Shown here piece by piece: positions 31,383 through 40,098 of a stretch of DNA of 64,000 nt. This DNA comes from Oceanospirillaceae bacterium. GTDB lineage: Bacteria; Pseudomonadota; Gammaproteobacteria; Pseudomonadales; Balneatricaceae. A model generated the notes under the pieces. The model saw only the letters and a list, made by a program, of their open reading frames with translations. It was not told where the DNA came from and ran no database searches. The translations under genes were made by a program, and so were the position numbers. The DNA lies in the NCBI GenBank assembly GCA_016845445.1, contig JAERSU010000257.1, positions 2,873 to 66,872 of the forward strand, written 5' to 3'. Every line of letters begins with the position of its first letter. The first letter of the stretch is position 1.

Positions 31383-32823
31383 GGAAGTGGACTGTGACAA
31401 TGAGGCCACCTTCTGGTCGATCACGTAGATTTAATTCGCCTCCATGGAAGTTGGCAATGCTGCGAGCAATGGATAAACCTAGGCCTGCATGCTCTTGATC
31501 GGGTTTTTGGTTGATTCGGAAGTAAGGTTCAAATACCCGCTGTTTATCCGTATCACTCAAACCTGGGCCTGGGTCACTAATCTCGACTATCAGGTTGTTT
31601 TGGTCTTGCCACGCTTTTATATCAGCCGCGCCGCCATATTCTAGGGCATTGTCTACCAAATTAGTAAATAATCTCTCGAGTGCCATAGGGCGGCCTTCAA
31701 GCTGTAAATTAGGCTGTATATCCAGTTTAACTGGTAAGCCGTAAATTTTATGCTTTTCAGCTAGCCCCACTAATAGCTGGCTTATGTTTATTGGCAGCGG
31801 GTTTTCATGCACGATGCCTTCTTTTACCATTTGTAGACTACCTTTGACCATGGTGTCTAGATTATCTAGATCACCAATCAAGGCGTCTCTTATCTCTGCA
31901 TCTTCAAGTAATTCAGCGCGCAATCGTGCTCGTGTTAAGGGTGTCTTTAAGTCATGGGATATGGCGGCAAACAGGCGCTCCCTGTCAGAAATAAATTTTT
32001 GTATGCGTTTGGACATGGTATTAAATGCGCGAACCGTGGCAATCATCTCGCGCGTGCCTTGTTCTTCAATATGGTGTGGGCTGCGGCCGCTACCGATGTC
32101 TTTGGCGTGGCTTGCCAGTAAACGCAAAGGCCGGACTACCCAGCGTACAAGGAACAAGGTCAGTATTAGAACTGTTAGAGAAACCACCGCAATGCTAATA
32201 ATACGCTCATTGGTTAGCCAGTTAACTCCCACCAACACCTTGCCGGACGGCACCGGAGTAGCGAGATAAAGCCAATCGTCAGCGATGGGCATTTGTACTA
32301 ATACTATAGGACTTTGATCGCTCGGCTCGAGGATGGCAAAGCGCTGCCATTTTGGCGGCAGGTCAACCATGCGATTATTGCCGGACAGTATTTTCAGATC
32401 TGGAAAACGCACGAACTGGATGTCTAGTTTGGCTTGGCGGCCAATTTGTGCCTGAATCGTCTCGCTTAGGTTACTACGGACTAGGTTAGAAAATTCATTG
32501 TCACTGATTGTGGGTAAATCAATATGGGCCTTGTTGACCGATACAAAAAACCGTGTGCCACCCATATCCCTAAGTTGATCTAACACTATATGTCGATATT
32601 GATTGGGTAGCCGAGTGAAAAAGTTAATGGTTTGTCCTATGCGTGAACCCATGTTTTGGGAAACTTCGATGAGGCGTTTGCGCTCGCTGTCTTTGAGCTG
32701 CTCTATCCACAGCCAGGTGCCTAATGACTGGGCAACAAAAATGCCAATTAGCAACACTAAGCTCATGCGAGAAAAGATACTGTTAGGAAATATCCAGTCC
32801 CGCAAACGGCTAGCTAGTGACAT
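31375..32823 (-). CDS. Sensor histidine kinase (GltS/GtrS-like)
   Basis: Two TM, HAMP, ISHDLKTPLTR H-box, NLVDNA, DPGPG, GLGLSIA. Confidence 0.9.
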   Translation of the reverse strand: MSLASRLRDWIFPNSIFSRMSLVLLIGIFVAQSLGTWLWIEQLKDSERKRLIEVSQNMGSRIGQTINFFTRLPNQYRHIVLDQLRDMGGTRFFVSVNKAHIDLPTISDNEFSNLVRSNLSETIQAQIGRQAKLDIQFVRFPDLKILSGNNRMVDLPPKWQRFAILEPSDQSPIVLVQMPIADDWLYLATPVPSGKVLVGVNWLTNERIISIAVVSLTVLILTLFLVRWVVRPLRLLASHAKDIGSGRSPHHIEEQGTREMIATVRAFNTMSKRIQKFISDRERLFAAISHDLKTPLTRARLRAELLEDAEIRDALIGDLDNLDTMVKGSLQMVKEGIVHENPLPINISQLLVGLAEKHKIYGLPVKLDIQPNLQLEGRPMALERLFTNLVDNALEYGGAADIKAWQDQNNLIVEISDPGPGLSDTDKQRVFEPYFRINQKPDQEHAGLGLSIARSIANFHGGELNLRDRPEGGLIVTVHFPL

Positions 32824-33485
32824 GGAATAACCAATACATAACCCTTGCCGCGTACGTTTTGTATAGGGTCACTGGCAAAGGGCGTTAGTTTTGAACGTAA
32901 GCGGCTGACGGTGGTGTCGATGGCCCTATCAAAAGGGGATGTCGAACGACCATGCAGAGATTGGCTTATGACGTCTTTACTAACGATGTCTCCCTGTCGT
33001 TCAGCCAAAATACATAGAAGGTCAAATTCTGCACCTGTTAAGGTTAAAGGCTGATGATTGATATGCGCTGTGCGCAATTGATTGTTGATACTGATGCCAT
33101 CTTCGGCTGATTGACTAGTAGGGTTTAACTCGGACCTGCGCAAAAGAGCTTTAACACGCGCTAATAGTTCCCGTGGATTAAAAGGTTTACCCATATAATC
33201 ATCAGCACCTAATTCCAACCCAAGAATACGATCTAAGTCATCACTTGCGGCGGTTAACATAATGACAGGAAGGTTGGAGTCTTTGCGTAGGCGGCGACAG
33301 ACATCTAATCCGTCTATGCCGGGTAAGCCAATATCTAAAATGGCTAAGCAATATTGATCAGCGGCGGTATTTAGGAATCCTTCACCATCCTCAAAGGCGA
33401 CGACTTCCATACCTTGCTTTGCCATGTATTGGCTAAGTAGTTGCCGAATGTCGGCATCGTCATCAATTAGGGCAATGGGTTTCAT
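32814..33485 (-). CDS. OmpR-family response regulator (GltR-like)
   Basis: IDDD, LDIGLPGIDG, GADDYMGKPF, winged helix; start MKPIAL at 33485. Confidence 0.92.
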   Translation of the reverse strand: MKPIALIDDDADIRQLLSQYMAKQGMEVVAFEDGEGFLNTAADQYCLAILDIGLPGIDGLDVCRRLRKDSNLPVIMLTAASDDLDRILGLELGADDYMGKPFNPRELLARVKALLRRSELNPTSQSAEDGISINNQLRTAHINHQPLTLTGAEFDLLCILAERQGDIVSKDVISQSLHGRSTSPFDRAIDTTVSRLRSKLTPFASDPIQNVRGKGYVLVIPCH

Positions 33486-33623
33486 TGTAATTATGATTAT
33501 CTTGTCGGTTGTCTTTTTTAGTCTATACCAGAAACCAAGGCGAGATGAAGCCCTTGTCAATCGAGTTGATAATTCTGAACTATAATTAAGCTACCAATAG
33601 ACAGACAAATTCAAGGAAGAATC

Positions 33624-35123
33624 ATGTCATTAGCGGTTATTCATAGTCGTGCCTACTTAGGCATTGGTGCGCCCTTGGTGCGCGTTGAAGTGCATTTAAG
33701 CGGCGGTTTGCCGGCTACCAATATTGTTGGTCTAGCAGAGGCCAGCGTACGAGAAAGTAAGGATCGTGTGCGCAGTGCCATCATCAATGCTGGCTTCGAT
33801 TTTCCTGCCCAACGCATTACCATTAATTTGGCGCCAGCTGATTTACCCAAGCATGGTGGGCGCTTTGATTTGGCCATAGCCATAGGTTTGTTGGTGGCCT
33901 CCGGACAGGTACCAAGTGAAAGTGTTGTGAGTTTAGAATTTCTTGCTGAGTTAGCGCTTACTTCCGAGTTAAAGCCTTGCCCTGGGGTGTTAAGTGCAGC
34001 GGTTGCTTGTCATCAAGCAGATAGAAAACTGGTAGTAGCGCTACCCAACGCAGATGAAGCAGTTATGCCAGTGGGTGCTAGGGCCATGGCCCCAAGTAAT
34101 TTAAATGAGCTGTGCCAGTGGTTGTTCTATCCGGAGAAGTTGCGCTGGCATGAACGTCAATATATCGCCCAGGCAGCGCCAGAGGCATTGGAGTTGCAAG
34201 ATGTGCAAGGCCAAGAACAGGCCAAGCGTGCCCTCCTAGTGGCGGCGGCTGGCAAACATAATTTGTTGCTGGCAGGTCCTCCTGGCACGGGCAAAACCAT
34301 GTTGGCCAAACGTCTACATGGTGTGCTGCCAGAGCTATCAGAAGCGCAGGCCATGGAAGTAGGCAGTATTCAATCCAGTCTTGGTGTGTTTGATGCTAGT
34401 CGATGGCGGCAGGTGCCATGGCGTGCTCCCCATCATAGTGCATCGGTAGCGGCTTTGGTGGGGGGCGGTAGTCGACCAAAAGCCGGGGAAATAAGTCAGG
34501 CCCACCATGGCGTACTCTTCTTGGATGAGTTGGCGGAGTTTCCTCGCCATGTGATAGATAGTCTGCGCCAACCAATGGAAAGCGGCTGGGTGCATGTCGC
34601 CAGAGCGCAGCAGTATTTGCAGTTGCCAGCGCAATTTATGCTGGTGGCAGCCACCAATCCCTGCCCCTGTGGTTATTACGGTGACCCGGAGATTAACTGC
34701 CGCTGTAGCCCTGCTAAGGTGGCAAGTTATATGAATCGCTTGTCTGGCCCCCTGTTGGATCGCATTGATCTACAGATAACCTTGCAACGGCCGGCAAGTA
34801 AAACCCTGTTAGCAGAAGCTGAAGGTTTGGATACTGCTAGCGCAAAAAGCCTAGTAGAACAGGCTCGGCAAACACAATTTAACCGACAAGCCTGCTTAAA
34901 TAACCAATTAGATAGCCAAGGAGTGCAATCCTACGTGCCCTTAGGCGCCGCGGAAAAGAGCGTGATTAATCAGGCTGCTGATCGATTACGCTTATCCCCT
35001 AGGGCCATCCACAAGGTGTTGAGGGTGGCTAGAACCATTGCCGATATAGAGGCCAAACAAGATGTTGATAAAGCTTGTTTGTTGGAAGCACTGAGCTATC
35101 GTCAGCTAATTCATCTAAATTGA
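33624..35123 (+). CDS. comM: YifB/ComM Mg-chelatase-like AAA ATPase
   Basis: RITINLAPADLPK, GPPGTGKT, RAPHHSAS, LFLDE, NPCPCG, LSGPLLDRID. Confidence 0.93.
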   Translation: MSLAVIHSRAYLGIGAPLVRVEVHLSGGLPATNIVGLAEASVRESKDRVRSAIINAGFDFPAQRITINLAPADLPKHGGRFDLAIAIGLLVASGQVPSESVVSLEFLAELALTSELKPCPGVLSAAVACHQADRKLVVALPNADEAVMPVGARAMAPSNLNELCQWLFYPEKLRWHERQYIAQAAPEALELQDVQGQEQAKRALLVAAAGKHNLLLAGPPGTGKTMLAKRLHGVLPELSEAQAMEVGSIQSSLGVFDASRWRQVPWRAPHHSASVAALVGGGSRPKAGEISQAHHGVLFLDELAEFPRHVIDSLRQPMESGWVHVARAQQYLQLPAQFMLVAATNPCPCGYYGDPEINCRCSPAKVASYMNRLSGPLLDRIDLQITLQRPASKTLLAEAEGLDTASAKSLVEQARQTQFNRQACLNNQLDSQGVQSYVPLGAAEKSVINQAADRLRLSPRAIHKVLRVARTIADIEAKQDVDKACLLEALSYRQLIHLN

Positions 35124-35196
35124 GTTTAGCGGTAGGCAGGCAAGGGTAGATATTTTATAATCGGCGCCCTCTCTTAACACCGAAAAGATATCGACT

Positions 35197-37215
35197 GTGA
35201 GCCGTTTAAACCCTCGTCAACAAGAAGCCATGCAAGCCGTCAGTGGTGCTGTGCTGGTGTTGGCTGGTGCCGGCTCTGGTAAGACCAGCGTCATCACTCG
35301 TAAAATCGCCTATCTCATTGAAGAGTGTGGTTTAAAAGGCCATCAAATTCTGGCCCTCACCTTTACCAATAAGGCCGCTCGGGAAATGAAAGAGCGAGTT
35401 GGCCAGCTAGTAACTGGTAAGGCGGGTAAAGGCTTGACCGTGTCCACCTTTCACAATCTTGGGCTAAACATCATACGCCGAGAGTATGCCGCCTTAGGTT
35501 ACCGTCCAGGGTTCTCTATTTTCGATGCTTCTGATGTGTTGGCCTTGTTAAAAGATCTGACCCATAAGGAGTTTGAAGCTGCTGAAGATGCCTGTGAGCC
35601 AATTCAGTACATGATCTCCAATTGGAAGAACGATCTGGTGACACCAGTCCAAGCCCTAGCAGGTGCCAATGGCCCAGAGCAAGCCTTGGCGGCGCGGGTT
35701 TATGAAGCCTATGAAAAGACCCTGAAGCTGTATAATGGCGTTGATTTTGATGACTTGATCCTGCAGCCGGTGAAGCTGTTTCAAGAGCGCGAAGATATTC
35801 TGCAAAAATGGCAGAACCGCGTGCGCTACCTGTTGGTAGACGAATACCAAGATACCAATAGCTCCCAATATTTGCTGGTTAAGCAGCTGGTGGGCATGCG
35901 TTCTAATTTTACTGTGGTAGGAGATGATGATCAGTCTATCTATGCTTGGCGTGGCGCACGACCAGAAAACTTGTCCATTTTGCGAGCCGATTACCCAAGC
36001 TTAAAAGTCATTATGCTGGAACAGAACTACCGTTCCACCGGCCGCATCCTCAAGGTGGCCAACGAGTTGATTGATCACAATCCCCATGAGTTTAGCAAGG
36101 CCCTGTGGAGTGACAAGAGTTATGGTGAGCCAATACGCGTTATTAGTTGCCGTAACGAAGATGCCGAAGCTGAGCGCATTGCTACCGAAATATTACAGCA
36201 ACATTTGCAAAACCAAGGCGATTTTAAAGATTTTGCCGTGCTCTATCGCGGTAATCACCAATCTCGTTTAATGGAAATGAAGCTGCAGGCCTACAAGGTG
36301 CCTTACAAGATAAACGGTGGGCAGTCATTCTTTGGACGCACCGAAGTAAAAGACATCATGGCTTATCTCAAGTTGCTGCTCAATCCAGCGGATGATAATG
36401 CCTTTTTACGCATTGTGAATACTCCGCGAAGGGAAATAGGCGCAGCCACCTTAGAAAAGCTGGTGAACTACGCCTCCATGCATAGCGTGAGCTTAATTGA
36501 AGCCTGCCAAGAATCAAGCTTGTCTCATGCTATGAGCAATGCCGCCTATGCGCGTGTGAATGAATTTGGCAGCTGGATTGCTTCCCTCGCGGAGCAGGCA
36601 GAGCGAGATGATCCAATCGCTGCCGTGCGGCAGATGATTAGAGAGATGGACTATGAAGACTGGATGTTGCAAACCAGTAGTGGGCCGCCCATGGCCGAAA
36701 AGCGCATGGCCAATGTTGAGCTGCTGGTTGAATCCTTGAAAACCTCTTTGGACAAGGCAGTGGACAAGAACGACAACGCCGATATGGGCGATGCCGTTGC
36801 GCGCTTGGTGTTGTTGGACATTCTTGAGCGCCAAGAAGAAGAGGATGATACTGACAGGGTGCAACTCATGACCCTGCATGCCGCTAAAGGCTTGGAATAC
36901 CCCCATGTGTTTATGATGGGCATGGAAGAAGACCTGCTACCGCACCGCAACAGCATCGATGAAGGCAACGTCGAAGAAGAGCGTCGTCTCTGTTATGTGG
37001 GTATCACTCGGGCACGCCAGACTCTTACCATGACCTTGGCCCGCAAGCGTAAACAATTTGGTGAGATGATTGAAACCACCGCCAGTCGTTTTCTTGACGA
37101 ATTGCCGGCCGATGATCTGGAATGGGAAGGCCGCGGTGATGAGGATCCCGCTAAAAAGGTAGAAAAAGGCCAGGCGGCCCTGGCTGGGTTAAAGGGCCTG
37201 TTTGCTGATTTGTAA
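35197..37215 (+). CDS. rep: ATP-dependent DNA helicase Rep
   Basis: LAGAGSGKTSVITRKI, VDEYQDTN, LEQNYRS, LYRGNHQSR, TLHAAKGLE. Confidence 0.95.
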   Translation: MSRLNPRQQEAMQAVSGAVLVLAGAGSGKTSVITRKIAYLIEECGLKGHQILALTFTNKAAREMKERVGQLVTGKAGKGLTVSTFHNLGLNIIRREYAALGYRPGFSIFDASDVLALLKDLTHKEFEAAEDACEPIQYMISNWKNDLVTPVQALAGANGPEQALAARVYEAYEKTLKLYNGVDFDDLILQPVKLFQEREDILQKWQNRVRYLLVDEYQDTNSSQYLLVKQLVGMRSNFTVVGDDDQSIYAWRGARPENLSILRADYPSLKVIMLEQNYRSTGRILKVANELIDHNPHEFSKALWSDKSYGEPIRVISCRNEDAEAERIATEILQQHLQNQGDFKDFAVLYRGNHQSRLMEMKLQAYKVPYKINGGQSFFGRTEVKDIMAYLKLLLNPADDNAFLRIVNTPRREIGAATLEKLVNYASMHSVSLIEACQESSLSHAMSNAAYARVNEFGSWIASLAEQAERDDPIAAVRQMIREMDYEDWMLQTSSGPPMAEKRMANVELLVESLKTSLDKAVDKNDNADMGDAVARLVLLDILERQEEEDDTDRVQLMTLHAAKGLEYPHVFMMGMEEDLLPHRNSIDEGNVEEERRLCYVGITRARQTLTMTLARKRKQFGEMIETTASRFLDELPADDLEWEGRGDEDPAKKVEKGQAALAGLKGLFADL

Positions 37216-37226
37216 AACGCAGAAAC

Positions 37227-37256
37227 AAAAAAGCCCGCTATTAAGCGGGCTTTTTT
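37227..37256. terminator. Bidirectional intrinsic terminator
   Basis: AAAAAAGCCCGCT-ATTA-AGCGGGCTTTTTT between convergent rep and cytochrome c5. Confidence 0.92.
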
Positions 37257-37270
37257 ATACTTGCTGTAAC

Positions 37271-37714
37271 TTACTTGGAACCAGCCAGGATATGATCGAT
37301 GGCTTCTTTCAGCTCGTCATCGGTACAATCCATACACAGACCACGCGGTGGCATACCGTTAATACCGTTGATGGCGTTACTTAGTAGGGTGTCTAGACCC
37401 TTGTCAGCACGTGGGCCCCAGGCAGCAGCGTCGCCCATTTTTGGAGCGCCAGCAGCGCCAGTACCGTGACAGGCAGCACAAGCTGTGTTGTAAACGTCAG
37501 CGCCACTACGAGGGCCGCTAGCAGCAGCTGGCGCCGCAGCCGCAACAGGTGCTTTACATTCTTGGCCTTCCACACACAGGCTGCCAACCTTGCTGATGCG
37601 CTCAGCAATAGAATGGTCGCTCTGGTGATCTGCGAAAGCAGTAGCGGCGGTTAGACTCAGGGCGGCAAAACCAGCTGCTAGGCCGGAAATGGTTACATGC
37701 TTCAAAGCTTTCAC
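37271..37714 (-). CDS. Cytochrome c5
   Basis: Signal peptide, CAACH heme motif, GAPK.GD..AW, MPPRGLC. Confidence 0.92.
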   Translation of the reverse strand: MKALKHVTISGLAAGFAALSLTAATAFADHQSDHSIAERISKVGSLCVEGQECKAPVAAAAPAAASGPRSGADVYNTACAACHGTGAAGAPKMGDAAAWGPRADKGLDTLLSNAINGINGMPPRGLCMDCTDDELKEAIDHILAGSK

Positions 37715-37921
37715 TAGGTGTGCCTCTCTATTAAACTCGTTGGCTGTTTACACAGCGCCTACAAAAATCAGCAGGCATTATAGCCGGATTTACGCCAAAC
37801 GTGAATCTTTGCAGCCCTAGATCAGCCTAACTGAGGGTGAAATTAGTCTAATACCAGTAAAAAAGTAGGGAAATAACTATATTTGCTGCCTAAGATAACG
37901 GTTAATTGCGGCTCAGCTGCC

Positions 37922-37950
37922 TTGAATCTACCCATTAACCCCCGTATCAT
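37922..37950 (+). promoter_or_regulatory. Sigma-70 promoter of tRNA-Arg
   Basis: TTGAAT-17bp-TATCAT followed by GC-rich discriminator. Confidence 0.75.
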
Positions 37951-37964
37951 ACGCCTTCCTCAGC

Positions 37965-38041
37965 GCGCCTGTAGCTCAGCTGGATAGAGTAGCAGGTTCC
38001 GATCCTGTTGGTCGGGGGTTCGAATCCCTCCAGGCGCGCCA
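37965..38041 (+). tRNA. tRNA-Arg (anticodon CCG)
   Basis: GCGCCTG/CAGGCGC acceptor, D-arm GCTC..GAGT, anticodon arm GCAGG-TTCCGAT-CCTGT, GGTTCGAATCC T-arm, encoded CCA. Confidence 0.95.
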
Positions 38042-38135
38042 TCTATTTTTGAACTGTTATCGACACATAGGTAACAGATCCGTCCGCACAAAGATCCAAA
38101 AGCCTGCCGTTGCTAGCATCAATAAGGGTGGGCGT

Positions 38136-39068
38136 TTACAGCGTTTGCAGATAGGCCACTACGGCATCAATGGCCTTAGGTACACCGGCAATGGCTTCGG
38201 CTTTCTGGTTATAGTTGGTGTTGGTATTGATGTCGTAAACATAGGTTTTGCCGGCGGCATCAACAATATACTCAACCCCTGCCACATCTATGTGCTGGGC
38301 CTGCATAAATTGTTCAAGTTGTTTGATAACAGGGTGATCATTGTTCGGCTGCACCACGAATGCCGGTTGACCAGAGCTGGTGAGCTGCCCGCCTGACATG
38401 GGGCAGAAGGCGCCTTCAATGCCACAGGTGTCGGCCGGACAGAGTTCAAACCCATCACTAGTATCGACGCGCACTGCATAATAGCAGCGAGTATTGATAA
38501 ATTCCGCGCGCGTAATGAAACTCTCGGGTGACCTAATGTACTCCTGTATTAACCAGGTGTGATCATTGGGTTCGGCGTAATTATCGCTGGCAAGATAGCT
38601 TTCAAGGGCTGCAATGCTGTCCATCAATTGTACACCAAGGCCCTTGCCACCACAGTTAGGCTTGATAATAAAGGGTAACTGGCCAAATGCCTTTGCCGCT
38701 TCAAGTAGGGCCTTCTTGCCCACCGCAACTCGGGTTGCCGGCACATTAAATCCGGCGGCCTTGAGTAGACTGTATTGAGCTACTTTACTGGTTTCAAGGG
38801 CTAGTACATTGGCGCCATTGACCACTTTACGACCATGAAGGCTCAACCAGTTGAGCAGATGTTGAGTATAAATGGGTGCGGTACCATGCCCCCGAGAGTC
38901 TGCCGACGCGCTCATGCGGGAATAATAAATGCCTTCCGGCGGTACAGATGACAAATCAAATTGACCGCTGCACATATCCCACAATTGATAGTTTGCTTGA
39001 GCATCTTGTAGGGCGGCTTCAATCGGCGGCAGCCACTCTGGGTTTTCGTACAATATATGTATGGTCAT
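38136..39068 (-). CDS. RimK-like ATP-grasp ligase
   Basis: FIIKPNCGGKGLGV, LIQEYI, AGVEY..YDINTNTNYN. Confidence 0.8.
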   Translation of the reverse strand: MTIHILYENPEWLPPIEAALQDAQANYQLWDMCSGQFDLSSVPPEGIYYSRMSASADSRGHGTAPIYTQHLLNWLSLHGRKVVNGANVLALETSKVAQYSLLKAAGFNVPATRVAVGKKALLEAAKAFGQLPFIIKPNCGGKGLGVQLMDSIAALESYLASDNYAEPNDHTWLIQEYIRSPESFITRAEFINTRCYYAVRVDTSDGFELCPADTCGIEGAFCPMSGGQLTSSGQPAFVVQPNNDHPVIKQLEQFMQAQHIDVAGVEYIVDAAGKTYVYDINTNTNYNQKAEAIAGVPKAIDAVVAYLQTL

Positions 39069-39290
39069 AGGTCGTTTTAAGCTGGTGTGGGTCCTTGGTG
39101 AGTCTATTTAAGCCGACTCTGGGCTATCAATAGTGAACTAAAACGACACTTTTGGGCAACAAAGCGCATAAAACTAAGGCGTAGTTAGTTCTGCATTGGT
39201 CAGACTATGCTGGTTTTACCTGCGCTGGTTTTGGCACATAGATTACTATTATAGAGATGGGCGTCGTTGAACTATGGTTGTAACCATAGC

Positions 39291-39566
39291 CTAGGGCCAT
39301 TGCTGAGCACTGTGTAAAACTCGTACTGTTTCTACTCTATCGGTGATGATGTAGACGGCGATGAATTCAGTACCCACTATAACCTTTTCGTAGGTTCCAT
39401 CAACTCGGCCATTCCTTGCCATAAGGGTATTATTTGCTAAGTGTTCAATGGAGCTGCGAATTTTTTTTAGCATACTGAGGGCTAATTTGTTCCCTCCTTT
39501 GTCTTTGTACCAATCACCAATAATGATTAAATCGTCGACCGCTGCAGGTGAAAATTTAATCTGCAT
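39291..39566 (-). CDS. RelE/ParE family toxin
   Basis: IKFSPAAVDDL..I.DW, ARNGRVDGTYE, VRVLHSAQQWP; overlaps upstream antitoxin. Confidence 0.85.
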   Translation of the reverse strand: MQIKFSPAAVDDLIIIGDWYKDKGGNKLALSMLKKIRSSIEHLANNTLMARNGRVDGTYEKVIVGTEFIAVYIITDRVETVRVLHSAQQWP

Positions 39567-39993
39567 AGCGCTGTTCTATGTTTGTAAAAACCTCCTCATG
39601 ATCGAGCAAGTTTGTTGGTTGGTCTTGTAGTTGTTTAAGCCCCTTTTCTACTTCTGCCTTGAACCATTGATTGTGTGCTGCAGCTTGATGTTTTTCTTTC
39701 ATTAGTTTTGCTTGGGCAGAATTTGTTCGGGTTTTAATGGCTGGATCATAGTTGGCAGCATCAACATGGAAAGACACAATGCCAATGCTCTTTAGGTAGT
39801 TGGTCAAGGTGTCAAACTGTTTGAATTGCCTAATTTTCTTGCTTTGCCTTGCCGCTAAAGCGGCTTCTTTATTGCCATAACCGACAATCAAAGACCAGCT
39901 ATCATGCTGGCCAATTACATTAACGCTATGCAAAGCCCCGGCCGTAACTAAATGGGAAAGAGTTACATGATCAATGGTTTCAGAATATGCCAT
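39556..39993 (-). CDS. Putative antitoxin: ParC-like N-domain plus PaaA2-like C-terminal helices
   Basis: 145 aa directly upstream of and overlapping the toxin; C-terminus HNQWFKAEVEKGL...LDHEEVF. Confidence 0.65.
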   Translation of the reverse strand: MAYSETIDHVTLSHLVTAGALHSVNVIGQHDSWSLIVGYGNKEAALAARQSKKIRQFKQFDTLTNYLKSIGIVSFHVDAANYDPAIKTRTNSAQAKLMKEKHQAAAHNQWFKAEVEKGLKQLQDQPTNLLDHEEVFTNIEQRYAD

Positions 39994-40098
39994 TCTTATT
40001 GCCTGTTGCTTTGAGTAATTTAATAAAAGTGTAACAACTATTTAATAAACTAGAAACCAATTTATTATAACTTGGATGTATGTGCTCATTAGTAAGCA

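Noticed and set aside
39231-39246. Sigma-54 promoter TGGCAC-ATAGA-TTAC
   Set aside because: The -12 element lacks the conserved GC and no sense-strand gene follows.
38042-40098. Integrative element at tRNA-Arg
   Set aside because: No integrase, and no duplication of the tRNA 3' end found by eye in the window.
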